A stretch of 63,504 bases of DNA, filler included, from Octopus bimaculoides (Eukaryota), in assembly GCF_001194135.2 (NCBI RefSeq). It is 7 parts of 7 records of this genome, joined end to end, with 100 filler letters (N's around TTAATTAATTAA, not from the genome) between each part and the next. Parts side by side here need not be neighbours in the genome. Positions count along the whole stretch, not along the records: positions 1 to 20,126 come from NC_069004.1; 6 more parts are not named here. One strand, given 5' to 3'. Both the position numbers and the translations under genes were made by a program. The notes under the pieces are model-generated. The model was not told the DNA's origin. It saw only the letters and a program-made list of their open reading frames with translations, and made no database searches. Shown here in pieces: positions 1-13,207 of the stretch. Positions within the stretch are counted from its first letter, which is position 1, and each line of letters opens with the position of its first letter.

Positions 1-3000
1 ATTCGTTTGTTCGTTCGTACATACGTACGTTCAATTCTTTGTTCGTTCGTTTATTCGTTCGTAACTACGTACGTTCGTTCGTTCGTTCTTTCATTCGTAC
101 GTTCCTTCGTCCGTTTCTTTATTCGTTCGTTTGTTCGATCGTTCATTCGTTATTACATACGTACCTACGTACGTAAATCCGTACATACGTGCGGACGTTC
201 GTTCGTTGCCTCGTTCGTTAGTTCTTACGTTCTATCGTACGTACGTACGTTCGTTCATTAGGTCGTTCGTTCGTACGTTCTTCCTTCGTTCGTTCTTTCT
301 TTCATATATATGTACGTAGGAACATACGTACGTTCGTTCGTTCGTAATTACGTTCCTTATTTCGTTTAATCGTTCGTACGTACGAACTTACTTACGCACG
401 CACGTTCTTTTCTTCCTTCGTTCATTTGTTTATACGTACGATCGTTCGTTCGTACGTACGTACCTTCATTCGTACGTACGTATATTCGTTCTTTCGTACA
501 TACATACGTACGTTCGTTCGTTCTATCGTTCATTCATATGTGCGTACGAACCCTCGTTCGTTCATTCATACATATGTCAGTACAAATATACGTACGTTCG
601 TTCGCACGTTCTTTCGTTTGTTCGTTCATATCTCTCGTTCGCTCATTCGTATGTAAGTACGTACGTACGATCATTCGTTCGTTCGTTAGTTTGTTCGTTC
701 GTTCGTTCTTTCGCACGTACGTACGTTTGTTCGTTCCTTCTTTCGTTCGTTCGTTTATTCGTACGTACGTACNNNNNNNNNNNNNNNNNNNNNNNNNNNN
801 NNNNNNNNNNNNNNNNNNNNNNNNNNNNNNNNNNNNNNNNNNNNNNNNNNNNNNNNNNNNNNNNNNNNNNNNNNNNNNNNNNNNNNNNNNNNNNNNNNNN
901 NNNNNNNNNNNNNNNNNNNNNNNNNNNNNNNNNNNNNNNNNNNNNNNNNNNNNNNNNNNNNNNNNNNNNNNNNNNNNNNNNNNNNNNNNNNNNNNNNNNN
1001 NNNNNNNNNNNNNNNNNNNNNNNNNNNNNNNNNNNNNNNNNNNNNNNNNNNNNNNNNNNNNNNNNNNNNNNNNNNNNNNNNNNNNNNNNNNNNNNNNNNN
1101 NNNNNNNNNNNNNNNNNNNNNNNNNNNNNNNNNNNNNNNNNNNNNNNNNNNNNNNNNNNNNNNNNNNNNNNNNNNNNNNNNNNNNNNNNNNNNNNNNNNN
1201 NNNNNNNNNNNNNNNNNNNNNNNNNNNNNNNNNNNNNNNNNNNNNNNNNNNNNNNNNNNNNNNNNNNNNNNNNNNNNNNNNNNNNNNNNNNNNNNNNNNN
1301 NNNNNNNNNNNNNNNNNNNNNNNNNNNNNNNNNNNNNNNNNNNNNNNTTGTACGTACGAACATACGAACGCTCGTTCGTTCATTCATACATATGTTAGTT
1401 CGAATATATGTACGTTCGTTCGTTCAATCTTTCGTACGTACGTACATTCTTTCGTTCAATCGTTTGTTCATTCTTTCGTACGTTCTTTCGTACGTACGTA
1501 CGTACGTTCGTTCGTACGAACGTACCTTCGTTCGTACGTACGTACATTCGTTCGTTCGTACATTCGTACGTACGTTCGTTCGTTCATTCATACATATGTA
1601 CGTAGGAACATACGCACGCTCGTTCGTTCATTCATACATATGTAAATACGAATAAACGTACGTTCGTTCGTTCGTTCTTTCATTTGTTCGTTAGTTAGTT
1701 CGTTCATATCGTTCGTTCGCTCATTCGTACGTACATACGTACGTATGATCATTCGTTCGTTTGTTCGTTCTTTCCTTCGCACGTACGTTTGTTCGTTCGT
1801 TCGTTCATATCGTTCGTTCGCACGTACGCACGTACGTTCATTCGTTCGTTCGTTTGGTCGTTCGTTCGTACATTCTTTCGTTCAATCGTTCTTTCATTCT
1901 TTCGTACGTTCGTTCGTTCAATCGTTCCTTCGTTCGTTCGTACGTACGTTCGTCCGTTTCTTTGTTCATTCGTTTGTTCGATCATTCGTTCGTTCTTACA
2001 AACGTACTTACGTACGTAAATCCGTACATACGTACGTTCGTTCTTACGTACGTACATTCGTACGTACGTACGTTCGTTCGTACGTACGTACATTCGTACG
2101 TACGTACATTCGTACGTACGTACATTCGAACGTACGTACGTTCGGTTGTTCGTTCATTCATACATATGTACGTAGGAACATACGCACGCTCGTTCGTTCA
2201 TTCATACATATGTAAGTACGAATATACGAACGTTCGTTCGTTCTTTCATTTGTTCGTTCGTTAGTTAGTTCGTTCATATCGTTCGTTCGCTCATTCGTAC
2301 GTACATACGTACGTATGATCATTCATTCGTTCGTTCCTTTGTTCGTTCGTTCCTTCGCACGTACGTTTGTTCGTTCGTTCCTTCGTTCATTCTTTCGTAC
2401 GTACGTACATTCTTTCGTTCAATCGTTCGTTCATTCTTTCGTACGTTCGTTAGTTTGTTTGTTCGTTTGCTTGTTCGCACGTACGTACCTTCATTCGTAC
2501 GTACGTATATTCATTCGTTCGTACATTCGTACGTACGTACGTTCATTCGTTCGATCGTTCATTCATATGTGCGTACGAACATACGCACCCTCGTTCGTTC
2601 TTTCATACATATGTCAGTACAAATATACGTACATTCGTTCGCACGTTCTTTCGTTTGTTCGTTCGTTAGTTCGTTCATATCGTTCGTTCGCTCATTCGTA
2701 TGTAAGTACGTACGTACGATCATTCGTTCGTTCGTTAGTTTGTTCGTTCGTTCCTTCCTTCCTTCGCATGTACGTACGTTTGTTCGTTCCTTCTTTCGTT
2801 CGTTCGTTTATTCGTACGTACGTACAATCTTTCGTTCAATCGTTCGTTCATTCTTTCGTACGTTCGTATGTTCGTACGTTCATATGTTCGTACGAACAAA
2901 AGTACGAACAAACGAATGTACGCACGTGCGTACGTTCATTAGTTTGTTCGTTCGTTCGCTCCTTCGTTCGTACGTACGTACGTTCTTTCGTTCCTTCGTT

Positions 3001-6000
3001 CGTACGTACGTGCGTACGTTCGTTAGATTGTTCGTTCGTTCATACGCACGTACGTACATATGTACCTACTTATGTACGTTCGTTTGTTCGTTCGTACATA
3101 CGTACGTTCAATTCTTTGTTCGTTCGTTTTTTTTTGTACCTACGTACTTTCGTTCGTTCAATCGTTCTTTCTTTCTTTCGTTCGTACGTACGTTCGTCCG
3201 TTTCTTTCTTCGTTCGGTTGTTCGTTCGTTCGTTCGTTCTTACATACGTACTTACGAACGTAAATCCGTACATACGTGCGAACGTTCGTTCGTTGCCTCG
3301 TTCGTTAGTTCCTTCGTTCTTTCGGACATACGTACATTCGTTCGTTCGTATATTCGTACGTACGTACGTACGTTCGTTCGTTCGTTCATTCATACATTTG
3401 TACGTACGAACATACGCACGCTCGTTCGTTCATTCATACATATGTTAGTTCGAATATATGTACGTTCGTTCGTTCATTCGTTCGTACGTACATACATTCT
3501 TTCGTTCAATCGTTTGTTCATTCTTTCGTACGTTCGTTCGTACGTACGTACGTACCTTCGTTCGTACGTACGTACGTACCTTCGTTCGTACGTACGTACG
3601 TACCTTCGTTCGTACGTACGTACGTACCTTCGTTCGTACGTACGTACATTCGTTCGTTCGTACATTCGTTCGTACGTACGTACATTCGTTCGTTCGTACA
3701 TTCGTACGTACGTTCGTTCGTTCGTTCATTCATACATATGTACGTAGGAACATACGCACGCTCGTTTGTTCATTCATACATATGTAAATACGAATATACG
3801 TACGTTCGTTCGTTCTTTCGTTCGTTCTTTCATTTGTTCGTTAGTTAGTTCGTTCATATCGTTCGTTCGCTCATTCGTGCGTACATACGTACGTATGATC
3901 ATTCGTTCCTTCGCACGTACGCACGTACGTACGTTTGTTCGTTCGTTCGTTCATATCGTTCGTTCGCTCATTCGTACGTACCTACGCACGTACGTTCATT
4001 CGTTCGTTTGGTCGTTCGTTCGTTCTTTCGTACTTATGTACATTCTTTCGTTCAATCGATCGTTCATTCTTTCGTTCAATCGTTCCTTCGTTCGTTCGTA
4101 CGTACGTTCGTCCGTTTCTTTGTTCATTCGTTTGTTCGATCTTACATACGTACTTACGTACGTAAATCCGTACATACGTACATTCGTTCTTACGTACGTA
4201 CATTCGTTCGTTCGTACGTACATTCGTACGTACGTACGTCCGTTTGTTCGTTCATTCATACATATGTACGTAGAAACATACGCACGCTCGTTCGTTCAGT
4301 CATACATATGTAAGTACGAATATACGAACGTTCGTTCGTTCTTTCATTTGTTCGTTCGTTAGTTCGTTCATATCGTTCGTTCTCTCATTCGTACGTACAT
4401 ACGTACGTATGATCATTCGTTTGTTTGTTCGTTTGTTCGTTCGTTCCTTCGCACGTACGCACGTACGTTTGTTCGTTCGTTCTTTCGTACGTACGTACAT
4501 TCTTTCGTTCAATCGTTCGTTCATTCTTTCGTACGTTCGTTTGTTCGTACGTACGTGCGTACGTTCGTTAGTTTGTTCGTTCGTTCGCACGTACGTACGT
4601 ACGTTCTTTCTTTCATTCGTTCGTACGTACGTTCGCTCGTACGTTCATACGTATGTACGTACATATGTTCCTACATATGTACGTTCGTTCGTTCGTTCGT
4701 ACATACGTACGTTCAATTCTTTGTTCGTTCGTTTTTTTTGTACCTACGTAGGTTCGTTCGTTCAATCCTTCGTCCGTTTGTTCGATCGTTCGTTCGTTCT
4801 TACATACGTACTTACGTACGTAAATCCGTACATACGTGCGGACGTTCGTTCGTTGCTTCGTTCGTTAGTTCTTTCGTTCATTCGTACGTACGTACGTTCT
4901 TTCCTTCCTTCGATCATTTGTTCATACGTACGATCGTTCGTTCGCACGTCCAGACCTTCGTTCGTACGTACGTACGTTCGTTCGTACGTACGTACGTACG
5001 TTCGTTCGTACGTACGTACGTTCGTTCGTTCGTACTTACGTACATTCGTTCGTACGTACGTACATTCGTTCGTACGTACGTACGTTCGTTCGTTCGTTCA
5101 TTCATACATATGTACGTACGAACATACGCACGCTCGTTCGTTCATTCATACATACGTAAGTTCGAATATACGTACGTTCGTTCGTTCGTTCGTTAGTCGT
5201 TCATATCGTTCGTTCGCTCATTCGTACGTACGTACGTACGTACGATCATTCGTTCGTTCGTTCGCTTGGTCGTTCGTTCGTTCGCTCGTACGTACTAACG
5301 TTTGTTCATTCGTTCGTTTTTTCGTACTTACGTACATTCTTTCGTTCAATCGTTCGTTCATTCTTTCGTACGTTCGTACGTTGGTGCGTACGTACGTTCG
5401 TCCGTTTCTTTGTTCGTTCGTTCTTACATACGTACTTACGTACGTAAATCCGTACAAACGTGCGGACGTTCGTTCGTTGCCTCGTTCGTTATTTCTTTCG
5501 TTCTTTCGTACGTACTTACGTTCGTTCGGACGTACGTACATTCGTTCGTTCGTATAATCGTACGTACGTACGTTCGTTCATTCATACATTTGTACGTACG
5601 AACAAACGCACGCTCGTTCGTTCATTCATACATGTGTAAGTTTGAATATATATACGTTCGTTCGTTCGTTCATTCTTTCGTACGTACGTACATTCTTTCG
5701 TTCAATCCTTTGTTTATTCCTTCGTACGTTCATTCGTACGTACGTACGTACGTTCGTGCGTACGTACATTCGTTCCTTCGTACTTTCGTACGTACGTACG
5801 TTCGTTCGTTCTTTCATTTGTTCGTTCGTTAGTTCGTTCATATCATTCGTTTGCTCATTCGTACGTACATACGTACGTATGATCATTCGTTCGTTCGTTC
5901 GTGCGTTCGTTCGTTCCTTCGCACGTACGCTCGTACGTTTGTTCGTTCGTTCGTTCTTTCTTACGTACGTACATTCTTTCGTTCAATCGTTCGTTCATTC

Positions 6001-9000
6001 TTTCGTATGTTCGTTTGTTCGTTCGTACGTGCGTATGTTCTCTCTTTCGTTCATTCGTTTATACGTACGTACGTTCGTCCGTTCGATCGTACGTACGTGC
6101 GTACGTTCTTTAGTTTGTTCATACGTATGTACGTACATATGTACCTACTTATGTACATTCGTTTGTTCGTTCGTTCGTTCGTTCGTACATACGTACGTTC
6201 AATTCTTTATTCTTTCGTTATTTTTGTACCTACGTACGTTCGTTCGTTCAATCCTTCGTTCGTTCGTTCTTTCGTTCGTACGTACGTTCGACCGATTCTT
6301 TGCTCGTTCGTTTGTTCGATCGTTCGTTCGTTCTCACATACGTACCTACGTACGTAAATCCGTACATACGTGCGAACGTTCGTTCGCTGCCTCGTTCGTT
6401 AGTTCTTTCGTTGTTTCGTACGTACGTTCGTACATTAGGACGTTCGTTCGTTCGTTCGTTTCATTCGTTCCTTCGTCCGTCCGTTCATTCTTACATACGT
6501 TCATTCGTACGTACGTACGTACGTTCGTTCGTTCGTTCATTCATATATATGTACGTAGGAACATACGTACGTTCGTTCTTTCGTTCGTTCGTAATTACGT
6601 TCCTTCTTTCGTTTATTCGTTCGTATGTACGAACTTACTTACGTACGCACGTTCTTTCCTTCCTTCGATCATTTGTTCATACGTTCGATCGTTCGTTCGT
6701 ACGTACGTTCGTTCGTACGTACCTATGTTCGTTCGTACGGACCTTCTTTCGTACGTACGTACGTTCGTTTGTACGTTCGTTCGTTCGTTCGTACGTTCGT
6801 TAGTTTGTTCGTTCGTTCGTTCATTTGTTCGTTAGTACATACGTACGTTCAATTCTTTGTTCTTTCATTTTTCTTCGTACCTACGAACGTTCGTTCGTTC
6901 AATCGTTCGTTCGTTCGTTCGTCCGTTTCTTTGTTCGTTCGTTCTTACTTACGCACTTACGTACGTAAATCCGTACATACGTGCGCACGTTCGTTCGTTG
7001 TCTTGTTCGTTAGTTCTGTCGTTCTTTCGTACGTACGTACGTACGTACGTTCAGTAGGTCGTTCGTTCGTCCGTCCGTACGTTCGTTCGTTCTGACATAC
7101 GTTCGTTCGTACGTACGTTCGTTCGTTTGTTCATTCATATATATGTACGTAGGAACATACGTACGTTCGATCGTTTGTTCGTTTGTTCTTTCGTTCGTTC
7201 GTAATGACGTTCGTTAGGTTGTCCGTTCGTTCGATCGGTCGTTCGTACGTTCTTTGGTACGTACGTACGTACGTTCTTTCGTTCGTACGTACGTTGGTTC
7301 GTTCGTCCGTACGTATGTTCGTGCGTACGCTCGTTAGTTTGTTCGTTCGTTCATACGTACGTTCGTCCGTTTCTTTGTTCGATCGTTCGTTCGTTCTTAC
7401 ATACGTACTTACGTACGTAAATCCCTACCTAGGTACGGACGTTCGTTCGTTGCCTCTTTCGTTAGTTCTTTCGTACGTACATACGTACGTTCGTTCATTA
7501 GGTCGTTCGTTCGTTCGTTCGTCCGTCCGTCTGTCCGTTTATTCTGACGTTCGTTCGTTCGTTCATTTATATATATGTACGTAGGAACATACGTACGTTC
7601 GTTCGTTCGTTCGTTCGTAAGTACGTTTCTTCTTTCGTTTATTCGTTCGTACGTACGAGCTTACTTACGTACGCACGTTCTTTCCTTCTTTCGATCATTT
7701 GTTCATACGTACGATCGTGCATTCGTACGTACGTACATTCGAATGTACGTACGTACGTTCGTTCGTTCGTTCGTTCGAAATTACGTTCCTTCTTTCGTTT
7801 ATTCGTTTGTACTTTCGAGCTTACTTACGTGCGCACGTTCTTTCCTTCTTTCGATCATTTGTTCGTACGTACAATCTTTCGTTCGTACGTACGTACGTTC
7901 GTTCGTTCGTACGTACGTTCGTTCATACCGTTCGTTCGTTCCTTCGCACGTACGTACGTACATTTGTTCGTTTGTTCTTTCGTACGTACGTACATTCTTT
8001 CATTCAGTCGTTCGTACATTCTTTCGTACGCTTGTTCGTTCGTACGGACGTGCGTACCTTCATTAGTTTGTTCGTTCGTTCGCTCGTTCTTTCGTACGTA
8101 CGTACGTACGTTCTTTCGTACGTATGTACGTACGTTCTTTCGTACGTACGTACGTTCTTTCGTTCATTCATTCGTACGTACGTACGTACGTTCGTTCGTT
8201 GCCTCGTTCGTTCGTTCATTCATTCGTTCGTCCGTCCCTACGTTCGTTCGTTCTTAATTACGTTCCTTCTTTCGTTTATTCGTTCGTGCGTACGAAGTTA
8301 CTTACGTACGCACGTTCTTTCCTTCCTTCGATCATTTGTTCATACGTACGATCGTTCGTCCGTACGTACGTACGTACGTTCGTTCGTACGTATGTATATT
8401 CGTTCTTACGTACATTCGTACGTACGAAAAAAAAAACGAACTAACAAAGAAATGAACGTACATATGTACGTACAAACAAACGAACGAAAGAACGATCGAA
8501 AGTACGAACGATCCAACGAACGAACGTAGGTATGTATGTACGTACGAATGATCGAACGAAAGTACGTACGAACGAACGAACAAAGTAACGAAAATACGTA
8601 CGGTCATTCTAACGCACGTACGTTCGTTCGTTCGTTCGTTCGTTGGATCGTTCGTACGTACTTACTTATGAACGTACGTACGTTCATTCGTACGTACGTA
8701 CGTACGTACCTACGCACATCCTATCGTTCGTTCGTTCGTAATTACGTTCCCTCTTTCGTTTATTCGTTCGTACGTACGAACTTACGTACGCACGTTCTTT
8801 CGTACGTACGTTCGTTCGTTCGTTCGTACGTACGTGCGTACATATGTACCTACTTATGTACGTTCGTTTGTTCGTTCGTTCGTTCGTTCGTAATTACGTT
8901 CCTTCATTCGTTTATTCGTTCGTACGTACGAACTTACTTATGTGCGCACGTTCTTTCCTTCCTTCGATCGTTCGTTCGTACGTACGTACGTTCGTTCGTT

Positions 9001-9385
9001 CGTACGTACTTTCGTTCATACATTCGTTCATATGTACGTACGAACATTCGCACGCTTGTTCGGTCGTTCGTTCATTCATACATATGTTAGTACGAATATA
9101 CGTACATTCGTTCGTTCGTTCGTTAGTTAGTTCGTACATATCGTGTGTTCGCTCATTCGTACGTACGTACGTACATACGAACGAGCTTACCAACGAAATG
9201 AACGAACGTAATAACCAACGAACGAACGATCGAACGTACGTACGTACGAACAAACGAAAGAATGAATGTACGTACGTACGTCCGAACGAACAAACGGACG
9301 AACGTACGTAAGTAGGTACGTACGTACGAACTAACAAACGATCGATCGAACGAACAAACGATCAAGAGAACGAACAAAAGAACGT
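1..9385. repeat. Complex tetranucleotide satellite built from TTCG/TACG units (variants TTCA, TACA, TTTG, TATG) with higher-order landmarks; contains one N gap (773-1347)
   Basis: Directly visible 4-bp periodicity with CG in nearly every unit. The landmark TACGTAAATCC recurs nine times. The array ends in (TA)n before the gap at 9412. Confidence 0.95.
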
Positions 9386-9862
9386 GTATATATATATATA
9401 TATATATATATNNNNNNNNNNNNNNNNNNNNNNNNNNNNNNNNNNNNNNNNNNNNNNNNNNNNNNNNNNNNNNNNNNNNNNNNNNNNNNNNNNNNNNNNN
9501 NNNNNNNNNNNAGCAGACTTCCCAAGTTTAACACAAAATTTCACGTTGGTTCTTTGTTCCTTTCCGTGACAAAAATCTCAGACTACAGCATAGACTTGAT
9601 CACAAAAACACAGATTTCACAACTTGTGAAGTAAACACATCAATGTCACTCAACACACTGCCTCATGAAGGTCACTGCTTGCTCACACTGCACACACAAC
9701 CATGTGCTGCCAGCTGTTGACACACTCCAGAACTAGTCTGAGAGCTTTTTGATACCACCCTGGTCTGAAACGGTTTACCTTTTCGTGTTCTAAAAGGCGA
9801 AGTTGACCTTGGCAGGATTCGAACACAAATTGTAAAGAGTCAGAAGATTAATAATAATGATA

Positions 9863-10015
9863 ATCCTTTCTAACTTTGGCACAAAGCCAGAAATTTTGAG
9901 GGGAGGGGATTAGTCAATCACATTGACCCCAGCACTTGACTAGTATTTTATTTTATCAACCCTGAAAAGATGAAAGGCAAACTCAGTTGTGGCAGGATTT
10001 GAACTCAAAATGTAA
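9863..10015 (-). mobile_element. SINE-like family B fragment
   Basis: Reverse complement of the core GAGTTCAAATTCCGCCGAGGTCGACTTTGCCTTTCATCC shared by many copies in this window; (AAT)n tail at left. Confidence 0.7.
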
Positions 10016-10030
10016 CAAGTAATAATAATA

Positions 10031-10246
10031 ATCCTTTCTACTCGAAGCACAAGGCTTCAAATTTGGGGGAGAGATTAAGTCGATTACATGAACCCCAGTA
10101 CACTACTGGTACTTAATTTATCGGTCCCCAAAAGGATGAAAGGCAAAGTCGACCTCGGCGGAATTTGAACTCTGAACGTAGCAGCAGACAAAATACCGAG
10201 AAGCATTTTGTCTGCCATGCTAACGACTCTGCCAGCTCACTGCCTT
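10031..10246 (-). mobile_element. SINE-like family B, near full length
   Basis: Contains GATGAAAGGCAAAGTCGACCTCGGCGGAATTTGAACTC and the head TGCTAACGACTCTGCCAGCTCACTGCCTTA. It matches + strand copies at 40489 and 50587. Confidence 0.85.
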
Positions 10247-10258
10247 AATAACAATAAC

Positions 10259-10289
<31 letters not shown>

Positions 10290-10290
<1 letters not shown>

Positions 10291-10640
10291 GAGCATTCAG
10301 AGAACGCAAACCTCCACCAAGGCAATACCAACATCCTCTTAATGATTAGCCAAAGATGATTTTTAAAATGAGAATAACTCGACTGCTCTCACAAACAAGA
10401 ATACTAAAAATGAACCCCACCGCTCTCAAAAATTAAGTAAAAAAAACGGAAAAATAATCCAGAACCCTTGTCCGGTATCAGATCGATCCCAAAATCTAAT
10501 CAGTTTGTTCCAGTCTCGAGGCCAAACATCCCTGAAAGTTTCATCTGAATCCCTCCAGCAGTTCTTGAGATATCTTGTCCACAGACAAACAAATAAACGA
10601 ATACAACTGAAAACAATGCCTTTGCTAAGGCGGAGGTAAT
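10290..10640 (-). mobile_element. Non-autonomous Helentron/DINE-1-like (HINE-type) element
   Basis: On the - strand it starts ATTACCTCCGCC and has a (TTTG/TCTG) microsatellite near the 5' end. A subterminal inverted copy GGTGGAGGT is followed by a short 3' stem-loop (GCGTTCTCTGAATGC). It is inserted in an AAT tract. Confidence 0.6.
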
Positions 10641-10644
10641 AATA

Positions 10645-10797
10645 ATGGTTTCAAATTTTGCCACAAGGGCAGCAATTTGAGGGGAGGGGGTATGTTGATT
10701 ACATTAACCCCCCAGTGCTCAACTGGTGCTTATTTTATCGACCCCAAAAAGATGAAAGGCAAAGCCGACCTCAGCGGAATTTGAACTCAGAACGTGA
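10645..10797 (-). mobile_element. SINE-like family B 3' half
   Basis: GATGAAAGGCAAAGCCGACCTCAGCGGAATTTGAACTC core plus the CCACAAGGGCAGCAATTT tail. Confidence 0.75.
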
Positions 10798-11384
10798 ACC
10801 TAATAATAATGATAACTTTTTCTTTTAATGCCACAAGGGCAACAAATAAGATGTTATGGGGACTGGCAGTATATATATGTATGTGTCTATATATGTGTAT
10901 ATGTATTGTGTGTGTGTGTGTGTGCGTGTGTGTGTGGTGGGGGTCTCTATTGAATTCCAGTGAAAGGAAATAGCTAGTGATGGTACCAACAAAATTACCA
11001 AAGATTTAGTCACATATTGTGTAACTATTTCTGCTGAAGGCAATCGATGAGGTAGCAGCAGTAGCAGCGGCAGCAGCAGCCGTTAATTTGGCACTTGAGT
11101 TCCTCGTCTCGATCTAAGTGTTTCCACTAAGTGCACGCTGTGCTTTGGAACACTGCATGTGCACAACAATAACCACTGTGTGCACGTTTTAATGCACATC
11201 TTAACAAAGATGTTCGCACATCAAACAAACAGAGGAACAGACATTGTGGCCTTCAGCAAGTTCCATTACTCACACAGTTCATGTCAGGAAAAAGTTATTT
11301 CTGCAATGTTTCCTATCCTATTGTGAAAGGGGGTAGGCGGAGGGGCGTTTACTGTTTAGACCGTTGCTTATAATACTAGCTCTC

Positions 11385-11442
11385 TCTCCTCCCCCTCTGT
11401 ATCTCTTTTACCCTCTGACTCTCTGTTTCTCTTTGACCTCCC

Positions 11443-11473
<31 letters not shown>

Positions 11474-11537
11474 CCTCTGTTTCCTATCATATTGTGGAGG
11501 TTGTATTATAAAGATTGTTGCTGTTAATACTGCATCT

Positions 11538-11572
<35 letters not shown>

Positions 11573-11639
11573 CCATATCTCTCTCTCTCTCTCCCCATCT
11601 CTCTCTCTCTATCCCCATCTCTCTCTCTCTCTCCCCATC
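11385..11639. repeat. (CT)n-rich polypyrimidine microsatellite next to a gap
   Basis: Directly visible. Confidence 0.95.
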
Positions 11640-12380
11640 NNNNNNNNNNNNNNNNNNNNNNNNNNNNNNNNNNNNNNNNNNNNNNNNNNNNNNNNNNNNN
11701 NNNNNNNNNNNNNNNNNNNNNNNNNNNNNNNNNNNNNNNNNNNNNNNNNNNNNNNNNNNNNNNNNNNNNNNNNNNNNNNNNNNNNNNNNNNNNNNNNNNN
11801 NNNNNNNNNNNNNNNNNNNNNNNNNNNNNNNNNNNNNNNNNNNNNNNNNNNNNNNNNNNNNNNNNNNNNNNNNNNNNNNNNNNNNNNNNNNNNNNNNNNN
11901 NNNNNNNNNNNNNNNNNNNNNNNNNNNNNNNNNNNNNNNNNNNNNNNNNNNNNNNNNNNNNNNNNNNNNNNNNNNNNNNNNNNNNNNNNNNNNNNNNNNN
12001 NNNNNNNNNNNNNNNNNNNNNNNNNNNNNNNNNNNNNNNNNNNNNNNNNNNNNNNNNNNNNNNNNNNNNNNNNNNNNNNNNNNNNNNNNNNNNNNNNNNN
12101 NNNNNNNNNNNNNNNNNNNNNNNNNNNNNNNNNNNNNNNNNNNNNNNNNNNNNNNNNNNNNNNNNNNNNNNNNNNNNNNNNNNNNNNNNNNNNNNNNNNN
12201 NNNNNNNNNNNNNNNNNNNNNNNNNNNNNNNNNNNNNNNNNNNNNNNNNNNNNNNNNNNNNNNNNNNNNNNNNNNNNNNNNNNNNNNNNNNNNNNNNNNN
12301 NNNNNNNNNNNNNNNNNNNNNNNNNNNNNNNNNNNNNNNNNNNNNNNNNNNNNNNNNNNNNNNNNNNNNNNNNNNNNNNN

Positions 12381-12422
<42 letters not shown>

Positions 12423-12625
12423 TGTCTATCTATCTATCTATCTAATCTAATCTAATCTAATCTACCCATTGGTTTACCATCAATTTTGCGGTATCCTCAG
12501 TTACAAAGCTTTGACAAATTAACCGTTTCGCTGGACCATCCGCTATCATATAACAATCTTTTCCACTGTAGGCACAAGGCCAACAATTTCGGATGAGAGT
12601 GTAAGCCAACTGCAGTGTCGACCTG

Positions 12626-12763
12626 TGTACAGGCACTGCGGAACCGCAGCACCCCCTATTTCCGCTCCATGTTATCGATAACATTCAATATAATGAATCC
12701 TTTTTCCTTTAATTCTTTCTTTATAGTTGCACATTATATAATCCTTAAGCTTAATGTCTGTAA
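12626..12763. repeat. Interspersed repeat, copy 1 (copy 2 at 21552-21678)
   Basis: The two copies share AGGCACTGCGG...CAGCACCC, TAACATTCAATATAATGA and ATCCTTAAGCTTAATGTC. Confidence 0.8.
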
Positions 12764-13207
12764 CCATCCCCTAGTTTATGAGAAAGAATACAAAAATCAG
12801 AGTTTTACTTAGCTGTTGTTTCATACGTTCTGAGTTATATGAAGCTTTCTTTTCATAAGTCCCAAATTATTCTGGTGGTTAAAAAAAACTAGGAATGTGA
12901 ATCATATGTTGCATGGACAACAGGAAAATATATTAATTGTATTAGATGTGATACAAAGGAGAGGCAAAAGGTCAAGTGGCTTCACGTGGATTGTGCCGAA
13001 ACACTATGGTCCATTTTGGTGTTCAGTTCCACTTTATCTTAGAACGACATGTATTCAAGCTTACGTTGGACATTATTACTAACGCACTTGGTTCTCTGGG
13101 GTAACTTTCAGCTAAATAAGCTGAGAATTTCTCAAAATTTAATATCACCACTAACAAGTGTAGTTTACCTATTGTATCTAAATACGAATACATACGTCAT
13201 CTATGTT

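Noticed and set aside
7-9377. Dozens of overlapping 60-430 aa ORFs rich in R/S/F/V/T/Y (and TNER on the - strand)
   Set aside because: These are translations of the TTCG/TACG satellite, which rarely generates stop codons. They are open in several frames at once and show no domain signal.
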